64,000 nucleotides of DNA from Mobula hypostoma (taxonomy: Eukaryota): the NCBI RefSeq assembly GCF_963921235.1, contig NC_086108.1:43836001-43900000 (forward strand), given 5' to 3'. Numbering within the stretch: position 1 is the stretch's first letter; each line of letters starts with the position of its first letter. The notes under the pieces are model-generated. The model searched no databases, was not told the DNA's origin, and saw only the letters and a program-made list of their open reading frames with translations. Made by a program: the position numbers and the translations under genes. Shown here piece by piece: positions 50,193 through 60,306 of the stretch.

Positions 50193-52001
50193 ATGGGGTA
50201 CGAGGGGGAGGTGGGGCCTTACTGGAAGTTAGAGAAGTCGAAGTCTGACCTCTACCTTGCCGAGGCACAGCGACAACTCGCGGATACCTCCTCTTATTTA
50301 CCCCTCGATCGTGACCCCACTAAGGAGCACCAGGCCATTGTCTCCCACACCATCACCGACTTTATCCGCTCAGGGGATCTCCCATCCACTGCTACCAACA
50401 TTATAGTTCCCACACTCCGCACTTCCCGTTTCTACCTCCTACCCAAGATCCACAAACTTGCCTGTCCTGGCCGACCTATTGTCTCTGTTTGCTCCTGCCC
50501 CACCGAACTCATTTCTGCATACCTCAACACTGTTTTATCACCCCTTGTTCAACCCCTTCCGACCTATGTTCGTGACACTTCTCACGCTCTTAAACTTTTC
50601 GATGATTTTAAGTTCCCTGGCCCCCACCGCTTTATTTTCACCATGGATGTACAGTCCTTATATACTTCCGTCCCCCATCAGGAAGGTCTCAAAGCTCTAT
50701 GCTTCTTTTTGGATTCCAGACCTAATCAGTTCCCCTCTACCACCACTCTGCTCCATCTAGAGGAATTAGTCCTTACTCTTAATAATTTCTCCTTTGGCTC
50801 CTCCCACTTCCTCCAAACTAAAGGTGTAGCTATGGGCACCCGTATGGGTCCTAGCTATGCCTGCCTTTTTGTTGGGTTTGTGGAACAATCCATGTTCCGT
50901 GCCTATTCTGGTATCTGTCCCCCACTTTTCCTTCGCTACATCGACGACTGCATTGGCGCTGCTTCCTGCACGCATGCAGAACTCGTTGACTTTATTAACT
51001 TTGCCTCCAACTTTCACCCTGCCCTCAAGTTTACCTGGTCCATTTCTGACACCTCCCTCCCCTTTCTAGATCTTTCTGTCTCTGTCTCTGGAGACAGCTT
51101 ATCCACTGATGTCTACTATAAGCCTGCTGACTCTCACAGCTATCTGGACTATTCCTCTTCTCACCCTGTCTCTTGCAAAAACGCCATCCCCTTCTCGCAA
51201 TTCCTCCGTCTCCGCCGCATCTGCTCTCAGGATGAGGCTTTTCATTCTAGGACGAGGGAGATGTCTTCCTTTTTTAAAGAAAGGGGCTTCCCTTCCTCCA
51301 CTATCAACTCTGCTCTTAAACGCATCTCCCCCATTTCACGTACATCTGCTCTCACTCCATCCTCCCGCCACCCCACTAGGAATAGGGTTCCCCTGGTCCT
51401 CACCTACTACCCCACCAGCCTCCGGGTCCAACATATTATTCTCCGTAACTTCCGCCACCTCCAACGGGATCCCACCACTAAGCACATCTTTCCCTCCCCC
51501 CCCTCTGCATTCCGCAGAGATCGCTCCCTACACGACTCCCTTGTCCATTCGTCCCCCCCATCCCTCCCCACAGATCTCCCTCCTGGCACTTATCAGTGTA
51601 AGCGGAACAAGTGCTACACATGCCCTTACACTTCCTCCCTTACCACCATTCAGGGCCCCAAACAGTCCTTCCAGGTGAGGCAACACTTCACCTGTGAGTC
51701 GACTGGGGTGATATACTGCGTCCGGTGCTCCCGATGTGGCCTTTTATATATTGGCGAGACCCGACGCAGACTGGGAGACCGCTTTGCTGAACATCTACGC
51801 TCTGTCCGCCAGAGAAAGCAGGATCTCCCAGTGGCCACACATTTTAATTCCACATCCCATTCCCATTCTGACATGTCTATCCACGGCCTCCTCTACTGTA
51901 AAGATGAAGCCACACTCAGGTTGGAGGAACAACACCTTATATTCCGTCTGGGTAGCCTCCGACCTGATGGCATGAACATCAACTTCTCTAACTTCCGCTA
52001 A
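50193..52001 (+). CDS. PLE reverse transcriptase and GIY-YIG endonuclease ORF (602 aa, N-terminus chimeric)
   Basis: RFYLLPKIHK, GRPIVS, MDVQSLYTSVP, GVAMGTRMGPSYA, RYIDD and LPFLD. Cys linker CKRNKCYTC. Endonuclease VIYCVRCSRCGLLYIGETRRRL. No internal stops. Confidence 0.9.
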   Translation: MGYEGEVGPYWKLEKSKSDLYLAEAQRQLADTSSYLPLDRDPTKEHQAIVSHTITDFIRSGDLPSTATNIIVPTLRTSRFYLLPKIHKLACPGRPIVSVCSCPTELISAYLNTVLSPLVQPLPTYVRDTSHALKLFDDFKFPGPHRFIFTMDVQSLYTSVPHQEGLKALCFFLDSRPNQFPSTTTLLHLEELVLTLNNFSFGSSHFLQTKGVAMGTRMGPSYACLFVGFVEQSMFRAYSGICPPLFLRYIDDCIGAASCTHAELVDFINFASNFHPALKFTWSISDTSLPFLDLSVSVSGDSLSTDVYYKPADSHSYLDYSSSHPVSCKNAIPFSQFLRLRRICSQDEAFHSRTREMSSFFKERGFPSSTINSALKRISPISRTSALTPSSRHPTRNRVPLVLTYYPTSLRVQHIILRNFRHLQRDPTTKHIFPSPPSAFRRDRSLHDSLVHSSPPSLPTDLPPGTYQCKRNKCYTCPYTSSLTTIQGPKQSFQVRQHFTCESTGVIYCVRCSRCGLLYIGETRRRLGDRFAEHLRSVRQRKQDLPVATHFNSTSHSHSDMSIHGLLYCKDEATLRLEEQHLIFRLGSLRPDGMNINFSNFR

Positions 52002-52294
52002 GGTCCCACCTCCCCCTCGTACCCCATCTGTTACTCATTTTTATGCACACATTCTTTCTCTCACTCTCCTTTTTCTCCCTCTGTCCCTCTGAATATACCT
52101 CTTGCCCATCCTCTGGGTCACCCCCCCCCGTCTTTCTTCCCGGACCTCCTGTCCCATGATCCTCTCGTATCCCCTTTTGCCTATCACCTGTCCAGCTCTT
52201 GGCTCTATCCCTCCCCCTCCTGTCTTCTCCTATCATTTTGGATCTCCCCCTCCCCCTCCAACTTTCAAATCCCTTACTCACTCTTCCTTCAGTT

Positions 52295-52330
52295 AGTCCT
52301 GACGAAGGGTCTCGGCCTGAAACGTCGACT
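52295..52330 (+). ncRNA. Minimal type I hammerhead ribozyme motif (PLE)
   Basis: AGTC-CTGACGA-AGG gtctcgg CCT-GAAA-CGTC-GACT: intact core, stems I and II, and palindromic ACGT in place of stem III. Confidence 0.85.
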
Positions 52331-52448
52331 GCACCTCTTCCTACAGATGCTGCCTGGCCTGCTGCGTTCACCAGCAACTTTTATGTGTGTTGATCAAACA
52401 GATGGATACAGATTATCATATGACAAAGCACATTGAAGAATGATTTAC

Positions 52449-52557
52449 CTGTAGACCACAGCATCCAACTGCATTTAATATGGAGGCATTGTGTACAACT
52501 TGATACTGAATTCCTGCTTTTACTGCTCGTAAAACTAGATCACTGTGTGTTGTTGCA
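52449..52557 (-). CDS. DPH5: DPH5 internal coding exon (109 nt)
   Basis: Minus strand reads ttctcttgcag|T GCA ACA ACA CAC...GGT CTA CAG|gtaaat. It translates as (G)ATTHSDLVLRAVKAGIQYQVVHNASILNAVGCCGLQ, matching the diphthine synthase segment ATTHSDLVLRA...HNASIMNAVGCCGLQ. AG/GT sites are canonical and the exon ends in phase 0. Confidence 0.97.
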
Positions 52558-53469
52558 CTGCAAGAGAATATTGAGAATGTACCTAAGTAAAAACATTGAC
52601 TGAGAACTTAGCTTATAGATACATAAGCAGGCAATCTGTAATGCCAATGAACCAAAATATTCCACCAAACGTACAATATTCAATACCCCCTCATAATCTT
52701 TAATGTTCCAGAATTTGTGTTCAAAATCAGGTTTGAACAGGATAAATGCTTAATGGTAAATAGGATAAATGCTTGAAAATTGAGAAGAATCATGTATAAT
52801 TTTCTGCAAGTAATTACATGAATGGATGAAATTCATCATTATGCTGTCACTACAAATGAACTTCTATCTTTCTGTAAGTTCTGTTTTATCTTTTTTCCTT
52901 ACCGAGGAACTTAAATGAAACCCCAAAGAGTCATCATACAAGCATCTTCAAAATGAAATGATTACGGATTGGTATCCATTTCATTCAATGGTCTCAGAAA
53001 GCTTTTATTTAATCCCTGACAATCACAACCTCACCTGCAATAACAAGTGCTCAAACTATGAAACTTGTGTCATTCAAAAATAGTCAAACTCCCAGTTCAA
53101 TATGGCCCACCTGCCATTTACAATTTGACTGTCAAATGTCATTTCATTTCTATAATTGGAATTACACCAAACACATCTTGGACAGGTGCTCAAAGATAAC
53201 TGCATTTCATTTATTGTATATCTTTTATTTATTAGACCCTAGATCTTGTGACATTTCATTGAACAAAACTAAATGTTACAGTTTTGATATTTGCAATAAA
53301 AGATTAAATTGATTCATTTTATTCATCAGATTTACAAACAATATTGTTTTCATCTAATAACCATATAAAAACCAGATCTATTTATACAGGCGAATAAGTG
53401 AAGTTAATCTGGTGTTTAAAGCTCATCTTATGGTTAGTCCTTTCCTACAACCACAATGCTCTTGTAAAC

Positions 53470-53870
53470 AGCATTGGGTTTCCAAGTTTGTGAACCCTAT
53501 GCGATTACCTCGTTTTCTGTATTAATTACTCATGAAATCTGGTCTGATCTTCATCTAAGTCACAATAACAGACAAACATAATCTGCCTAAATTAACAACA
53601 CACGAACAATTGTACTTTCCATATGTTTATTGAAAACATTGTTTAATCATTCACAGTGCAGGCTCTAGTTAATAACTAGTAGAACCTTCTTTGGCAGCAA
53701 TAACCTTCACCAAATGTTTTCTGTAGCTGCTGATCAGACTTACACAATGGTGAGGAAGAATTTTAGACCATTTCTCCATATAAAACTGCTCCAATTCTTC
53801 AATATTTTTGGGGCACCTTGCATGAACAGCTCTCTTCAGGCCATGCCACAGCATTTCAATTCGGGTAAGG
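53470..53870 (-). mobile_element. Tc1 transposon 3' fragment
   Basis: ORF 53669-53854 reads LWHGLKRAVHARCPKNIEELEQF..EKWSKI...C.SLISSYRK.L.KVIAAK.GST.Y. Confidence 0.88.
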
Positions 53871-54809
53871 CAGTGTTTTGCAACCTTATTTAGCCCAATG
53901 CCCCCCTAAAACACTTTCTCACTTGCCAATGCTCACCTAAAGTACCTTCATACTTGCCAATGCCCCTCTTAGGCATAATATACATTCCAGCACCCCTATA
54001 GTGTAAAAACATGTCCACCATTTGCTAACATGAGAAAAATGATTCTGCTATAAATTTTTATTTGTCTTTAAACCTAGCTTACGCAGTACCTGTGCACTGT
54101 AAAACAGCTTCGATGTCAATGTGATCCTTAAGCTTGATGGCTTTAGCAAGAGTTGAAATATCTCCTTCAAGTTGTGACAGCAAAAGCCTCAAATCCCCAG
54201 GTTTAACAATATCCAAGCAGTTTGTTTTTTTATGAGATGTGGTTCACTGCACTGAATTCTCTTTCAACAAGGTAGGAGGATAGAAATGCAATGAAGAGAA
54301 GTTTGCCTCTTCTCCAAAAACCAGGAAATTTTGTATGACAGTGTAGCCACATACCACAAAAGCCATCATTTTTGAAAAGCATTTTTGCATCTTCATCATT
54401 CTGAATTTTGATAATTTCTTCTTGCAAGCTGTCTTCCACCTTGTAAAGAAATCGGTTAATTTCCAAATCGTTCAAATCCTTGAATCGCTTCTGAAGATCT
54501 TTCTTCAGTAACTGCAGATGCAAGTAGCGCTCCTGCAAATCACCGTCTGTGAAAGAGACTGTCATACTTCCCTTGCAGAGAAACTGTGAGAACATTCTTC
54601 TCCCAATAGTTGGCTTATATACCTGCCGCTGCACTTTTTCCCTTGGATTAAAATGAAATTCTCTCCCTGCAGTTTCATATTTAGAAAGTTCTTCTTTTTT
54701 GTAACTTATTTTTTATTGAAGCTCATCATCAAACAAACATATTGTACATATATATCGCCATATATGCCACAGATCTCCACATGATATTTATCTGAGGTAT
54801 GCACTTATA

Positions 54810-55441
54810 CTCCCAACTGCCAATTGTACATCAGTAACCAAGAGATTGAACAAAAGACCAGCTTTAATTACCTTGGTAGCTTTATATCACAAGATGCTAG
54901 AAGTAGAAATAAAAAGAAGAATTGCCATTGCCAAAACCAACTTCCAAAAAATGAAACACATTTTTACCAACAGACACATTTCTATCACAACAAGGCTTGG
55001 GCTACTAAAATGTTACATCTGGTCAATCTTGCTGTATGCTTCCGAAACATGGACTATAACACCAGAACTCCAAAGAAACTTAGAAGCAACAGAAATGTAG
55101 TTTCTTAGAAGAATGCTGAAAACATCATACAGAGATAGGGTAACTAATAAGACAGTACGCCAACGTGCCCATACAAATAGATGTTTAATGAGAACATTAA
55201 ATGAGAGGAAACTTAAATTCCTGGGCCATGTCTTCAGAAAGGGAGAAATAGAATGCCTTACGTTACAAGGCCATATGCCTGGGAAATGCAGAACAGCAAG
55301 GCAAAGAAGAAAATATATGGACACTGTGAAAGAACTAACAGATCTAAGTGTGCGAGATATCATTGACGCTGCATGGGATCGTTCGATGTGGAAAGCCATG
55401 ATTGCCCAAGCGTGTAATGCGCAAAGCACATGAAGAAGAAG
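54810..55441 (+). mobile_element. RTE-clade LINE 3' fragment nested in the L1 3' UTR
   Basis: EIKRRIAIAK..F..M..IF, LLKCYIWSILLYASETWT and RKLKFLGHV peptides. (GAA)n tail. Degenerate TSD atgcacttata/atacacttaca. Confidence 0.9.
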
Positions 55442-58400
55442 ATACACTTACAGAAAAGGGAGGAAAGAAAGAACAAGCAAAAGGAGAAAACTATGTACAA
55501 GCAGGGAGTGATTTTTTTGTACAACATATTCATTGACTTGTGAGAGTAAAAATCAGGCCTATGAGGTGTTATGTAGTTAAACTATTTTTCCCAATATGAA
55601 TCAAATTTTTCCAGCTTATGATTAACAGATACTATTATCTTCTCCATTTTGTAAATGTCCATTGTAATTTCCATCCATGCGTTTAAAGTTGGGCTCTCCT
55701 GTGATAACCATTTCCTGGTAAGGGTTTTTTACCAGCCACCAGCAGTACATTCATTAAATATTTATCTCTTTTCAAACATTCTTGAGGTATAAACCCAAAA
55801 TACATGGTCTTACTTTCTAAGGGTGTTTCACATTTAAAGATGTCTTGTAGGGCATTGTGTATCCCACTTCAATAGTCTTTGATAACAGGGCATTCCCAGA
55901 AAATACGATAATAGCTTGCATTTTGATTTCCGCAATTTCTCCAGCAAACAGGGAGGTTACTATCATAATGGGATTTCTGAGAGGGTATAATAAAATATCT
56001 TATCAAGTCTTTCCATCCAAACTCCCTCCATTTCTGTGAACTGGTACACTTCCATTGATACCTCCATATTATTGTCCATTCTTCCTCAGATATAATTATC
56101 CCACCTTCCTTCTCTCATTTGTTTTAATAGATGAAGTCGAATGTGTTTTAAGATTTGACAAACCCTTATACACGAAATGATTCTACTACAGTTATCTGAA
56201 TTATATGCTTTTCTAAGGAGCTCTATCAAACATGTACTTGCCTTGGTTACATTTTTAACCGTCCTATTAACATACTGTCGCATCTGTAAATATCGATAAA
56301 ACTCTTGTTTGTCTAATAAGTGTTTCTCTTTAAGCATTTCAAAACTGAACAGTGTTCCTTCTTTCATTATATGGCAAAGAACTGTTATTCCTTTAGCTGT
56401 CCAGTTCTGAAATCTAGCATTCAATTTATTTGGCGTAAAAGCAGAGTCATATGCACACCATTTAAGAATTGCAATATCTCCCTCTAGTTTATATTCTTTT
56501 ATAATAGTTTTCCATATTTTAAGAGTCCATTTCACCCATGGGTTATCAATAGTATTTATGTACCTTTGTAGGTTGTTATCAGCCAAAATTGCCTGTATGG
56601 GGATGGGAAGTATCCCCTCCTCAATATTTTTCCATTGAGCATCACATGATGGGTTGCTCCAACATATCACAGCTGTCAACTGTGCTGCAAAATAATAATC
56701 TCTAAGCGAAGGCAGGTCCCATCCCCCACTTTTCCTTGGCTAATTGCAAAGTTTTGAGACGAACTCTAGGCCTTTTACCTTGCCATATATATCTTGATAA
56801 CATTTTGTTCCATTCATTGAATTGATTTTGATTAATCTCTATTTGTAGGGTCTGAAAGAGATATAATAGTCTGGGCAGTATATTAATTTTAATAGATTCA
56901 ATCCTTGAACTGAGACTAAAAAAAGGAATTAGGTTCCATCTTGTTATATCTTCCTTCATTTTTTATATATAGGCTGATAATTGCATTCTGATAATTTTGC
57001 CAAATCTTTTGGCATAATGTTGCCCAAATATTTGAAAGACTCTGTTTGCACAGAGATATCTACTTTCAATTTCTCTTGGTGGGCTACAGTTATATGAAAG
57101 TAATTGGGTTTTATCTATGTTGATCTTGTATCCTGATAATTGACCATATTGTTCAAAGGATTGCATCAATTTAGGTAAAGAGTATGTTAGTTGCCCTAGA
57201 TAGATCAAGACAGGCCAACTTATGCTCTGTCCCTGTAATAGTAATTCCCCTGATATCTTCATTTTGTCTGATGTATTGAGCTAATGGTTCCAGACATAAT
57301 GTGAAGAGTAACGGTGACCATGCACAACCCTGTCTCATGCCCCTTTCTAGGGTAAAACTATTTGATAAATATACATTGATTTTAATCCTAGCAGTAGGGT
57401 TGTCATATCGTGCCTATAGTTTTAATAATTGTGTCATGGAAACCAAATCTATGTAAAACTCTGTAAAGAAAATTCCAATCAAATGCCTTTTCAGCATCCA
57501 CACTTATCACTACTGCTTCAATTTTATTTTTTTGTATATGATCCATAATGTGAAGTGTACTTCGTATACTGTCTTGTGTTTGGCATTGTTGTATAAAACC
57601 TGTCTGATTCTTATGTATCAGTATGGATAGAAACTCTTCTAATCGTTTGGCCATGATGGAGGTAAATAATCTATAATCTACATTAAGAATGGATATTGGT
57701 CTAAATGACCCACATTCCATTTTATCCTTGCCTTCTTCCGGTATAGCTGAGATTATCGCTTCCTTCCAGCTGGGTGGCATTTACGCCTGTTTTAGTGCCC
57801 AGTTCAGTGTGGGGAGTAAGAAATTCTTTGTACCACTCTGCCGTATACCTATCTGAGCCAGGTGACTTGCTTAATTTAAGCCTACTAATTGCAGCTTTTA
57901 GTTCAACTTCAGTTATGTCAGCAGTCATCGTTCTATTTTGTTCTTCGCTTAAAGTGGGTAACTCTAGAAAATTCAGGAAAGTGTCAATTTGGGTTATGCT
58001 TCCCCCTGGAACTTTGGGATATAGAGTTTTGTAAAACATTTCAAAAGCTTCTTGAATTTCACTTAGCTTATTTTTTTTTCCTTTTTTGTTCTTGAATCCC
58101 TAATTCTATGAATTCTATTTTCTGCTATTTTTTTTTCAGTTTCTACGCCAGTATTTTCATAGACTTAGATCCACTTTCATAATGTCTCTGTTGCAGAAAC
58201 ATTAAAATTTTCCTGATTTCTTGTGTAGCCAAACTACTAATTGCATTCCTAATTTTTAAAAATTTCCTCTAATGTATCCTGTGCCAAATTCAATTTGTGT
58301 TTTTTTCCAGTTCCTTCAGCCTATTTTGTAATTCCTTTAATCTTTTATTCCTTTTTTTTTCTTATATGAAGATATTGCTATAATTTTCCCTCGTAAGACA

Positions 58401-59354
58401 GCCTTCAAAGTATCCCATAGAATGGGAGGTGAAACTTCTCCATTATCATTCAATTCTAAGTAAAGACCAATTTCTTTTTTAATTTGTTCCTTAGAGTAGG
58501 GATCATTGAGTAGACTCGAATTTATTTTCCAAATACCTGAAGTATTCTTTGGTTGTAAGTCAAAATCAACAGGTAAATATATAGGTACATGGTCCTATAT
58601 GTACATAGGTACATCTATTGTCCCAATTCCGCAGGTGTTTATTTTGTCTTTGTCTTTTCCAAATGTTATGAAATAGTCTATTCTTGTATATACAGAATGG
58701 GGGGGGGGCAGAATAATGAGCGAAATCCCTTCTGTCAGGGAAAAGGTCCCTCCATATATCAATTAGACCAACATCCTCAAAAAGTGTATTAACTTTCTTA
58801 TGTAAGGATTTTGTTTCATAGGTTTTTCTATTGGAAGAGCCTGACTTTGATTGTAATGGTAAATTTAAGTCTCCCCCACATATCAGAAGACCTGTTTCCG
58901 TTACCATAATATTAGTAATTTTCTGAAAGAAACTAATATCACTTCCTGGGGGTGCATATATTTTCAATAGAGTAACTGAATTTCCGTCTATATTCCCCCT
59001 TACCAGAATATATCTGCCCTCCTTATCTCCCATTTCGAATACTTTTTCAAAATTTAGCTTGCTTGAGATAAGAATAGCAACTCCTCTCCTATGTCCTGAT
59101 ATATATGAGGAGAAAAACAAATTAGTGAAGCCCATTCTCTTTAGTTTTCCATGCTCATTATCACTTATGTGAGCTTCCTGTAAATACACTACATGGGCTT
59201 GTTCTTTTTTTTATTTTGGATAGAACTTTACTGCGTTTGATTGGATTTAACAGCCCATTGAAATTAAAAGAAATGAACTTTACTTTGTCCATAGCCATGT
59301 GTATTTTTCTGTCAATATATCACTGAAATTAGCAGAATAAAACTTAATTGATCT

Positions 59355-59999
59355 TTCTTTCTTTTCAAATCTTTTTATTATATTATTAAAAAAAAATAAC
59401 ATGAGTACATCGAAGTAACAACACTTACAATGTCTCAAGGAAAAAAAATTATCTTAAAGATTGAAAAATTTTGTGATAATAAGAAAACCCTACTAAGCAA
59501 AAAAAGTGAGGGGAAAAAACCCCATTAGATGTACAACCCTGGAGCCATGCGTCATACAAAAAGCTTCTAAAAATAAACATCAAACCGCCAGCAAGAGAGA
59601 AAAATATACCAAAAAATTTACAATTAGATCGTGGAGAAAATCTATCAATTAGCTCAAATGATAATAACAAGCAAATGAGCCCCATCTTTTCTCAAAATCA
59701 AATAAAGGTTCAAAGGTTCAACTTCTAATTTTCTCCAAACTAAGACATAGCATCACTTGAGAGAACCATTGTGACAAAGTGGGAGCTGATGTATCCTTCC
59801 ACTTCAACAAGATGGCCCTCCTAGCTATCAATGTAACAAATGCAATAACATGTTGGTCAGACACAGAAATACCATGGATATTTTGAGGAATTATTCTGAA
59901 AAGCACAGTTAATTTATTAGGTTATAGAGTAATTTTAAGTGCTTTAGAAATTGTTGAAAAAACTGACTTCCAGAACTGTTCCAGTACCGAACAAGACCA
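59355..59999 (-). mobile_element. Second L1-family 3' fragment inserted between ORF1 and ORF2 of the L1
   Basis: IARRAILLKWKDTSAPTLSQW..V...LSLEKIR peptide. Degenerate 16-bp TSD AAAACTTAATTGATCT/AAAACTTAATCAATCT (59339-59354, 60000-60015). Confidence 0.85.
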
Positions 60000-60250
60000 A
60001 AAACTTAATCAATCTACTCCCTGAACAAATAAGAACCAAGAAAAGCCAATAATTGAAAAAAAGGCAATGAAGGTGTGATTCCAAAGCTGAGGTCTCTAGT
60101 AGATGACCCTGGGTTGAGCTAGAGGAAACGTCTAGCCGTGGGGGATAGCCCCTCCTACCTCTGAGTTGAGGGCCCCCATTGCAGTACCCATAGAAGTAAG
60201 TGAACAAATCTATGTCCATTACACAGAAAAGATTTCCCTGTGTATTCCTC

Positions 60251-60252
<2 letters not shown>

Positions 60253-60304
<52 letters not shown>
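60253..60304. repeat. (TA)n microsatellite
   Basis: About 26 AT units read directly. Confidence 0.95.

Positions 60305-60306
<2 letters not shown>

Larger units (their letters stand above)
49789..52392 (+). mobile_element. Young Neptune-type PLE, 5'-truncated, with an inverted terminal copy at its 5' end
   Basis: ~415-bp inverted repeats (~49824-50241 and ~51979-52392). 14-bp TSD ATCAAACAGATGGA (49775-49788, 52393-52406). Confidence 0.96.
2225..52448 (-). other. DPH5: DPH5 intron, 50,224 nt, TE-filled
   Basis: GT at 52448-52447 and AG at 2226-2225 join the two exons in frame with no missing DPH5 residues. Confidence 0.9.
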
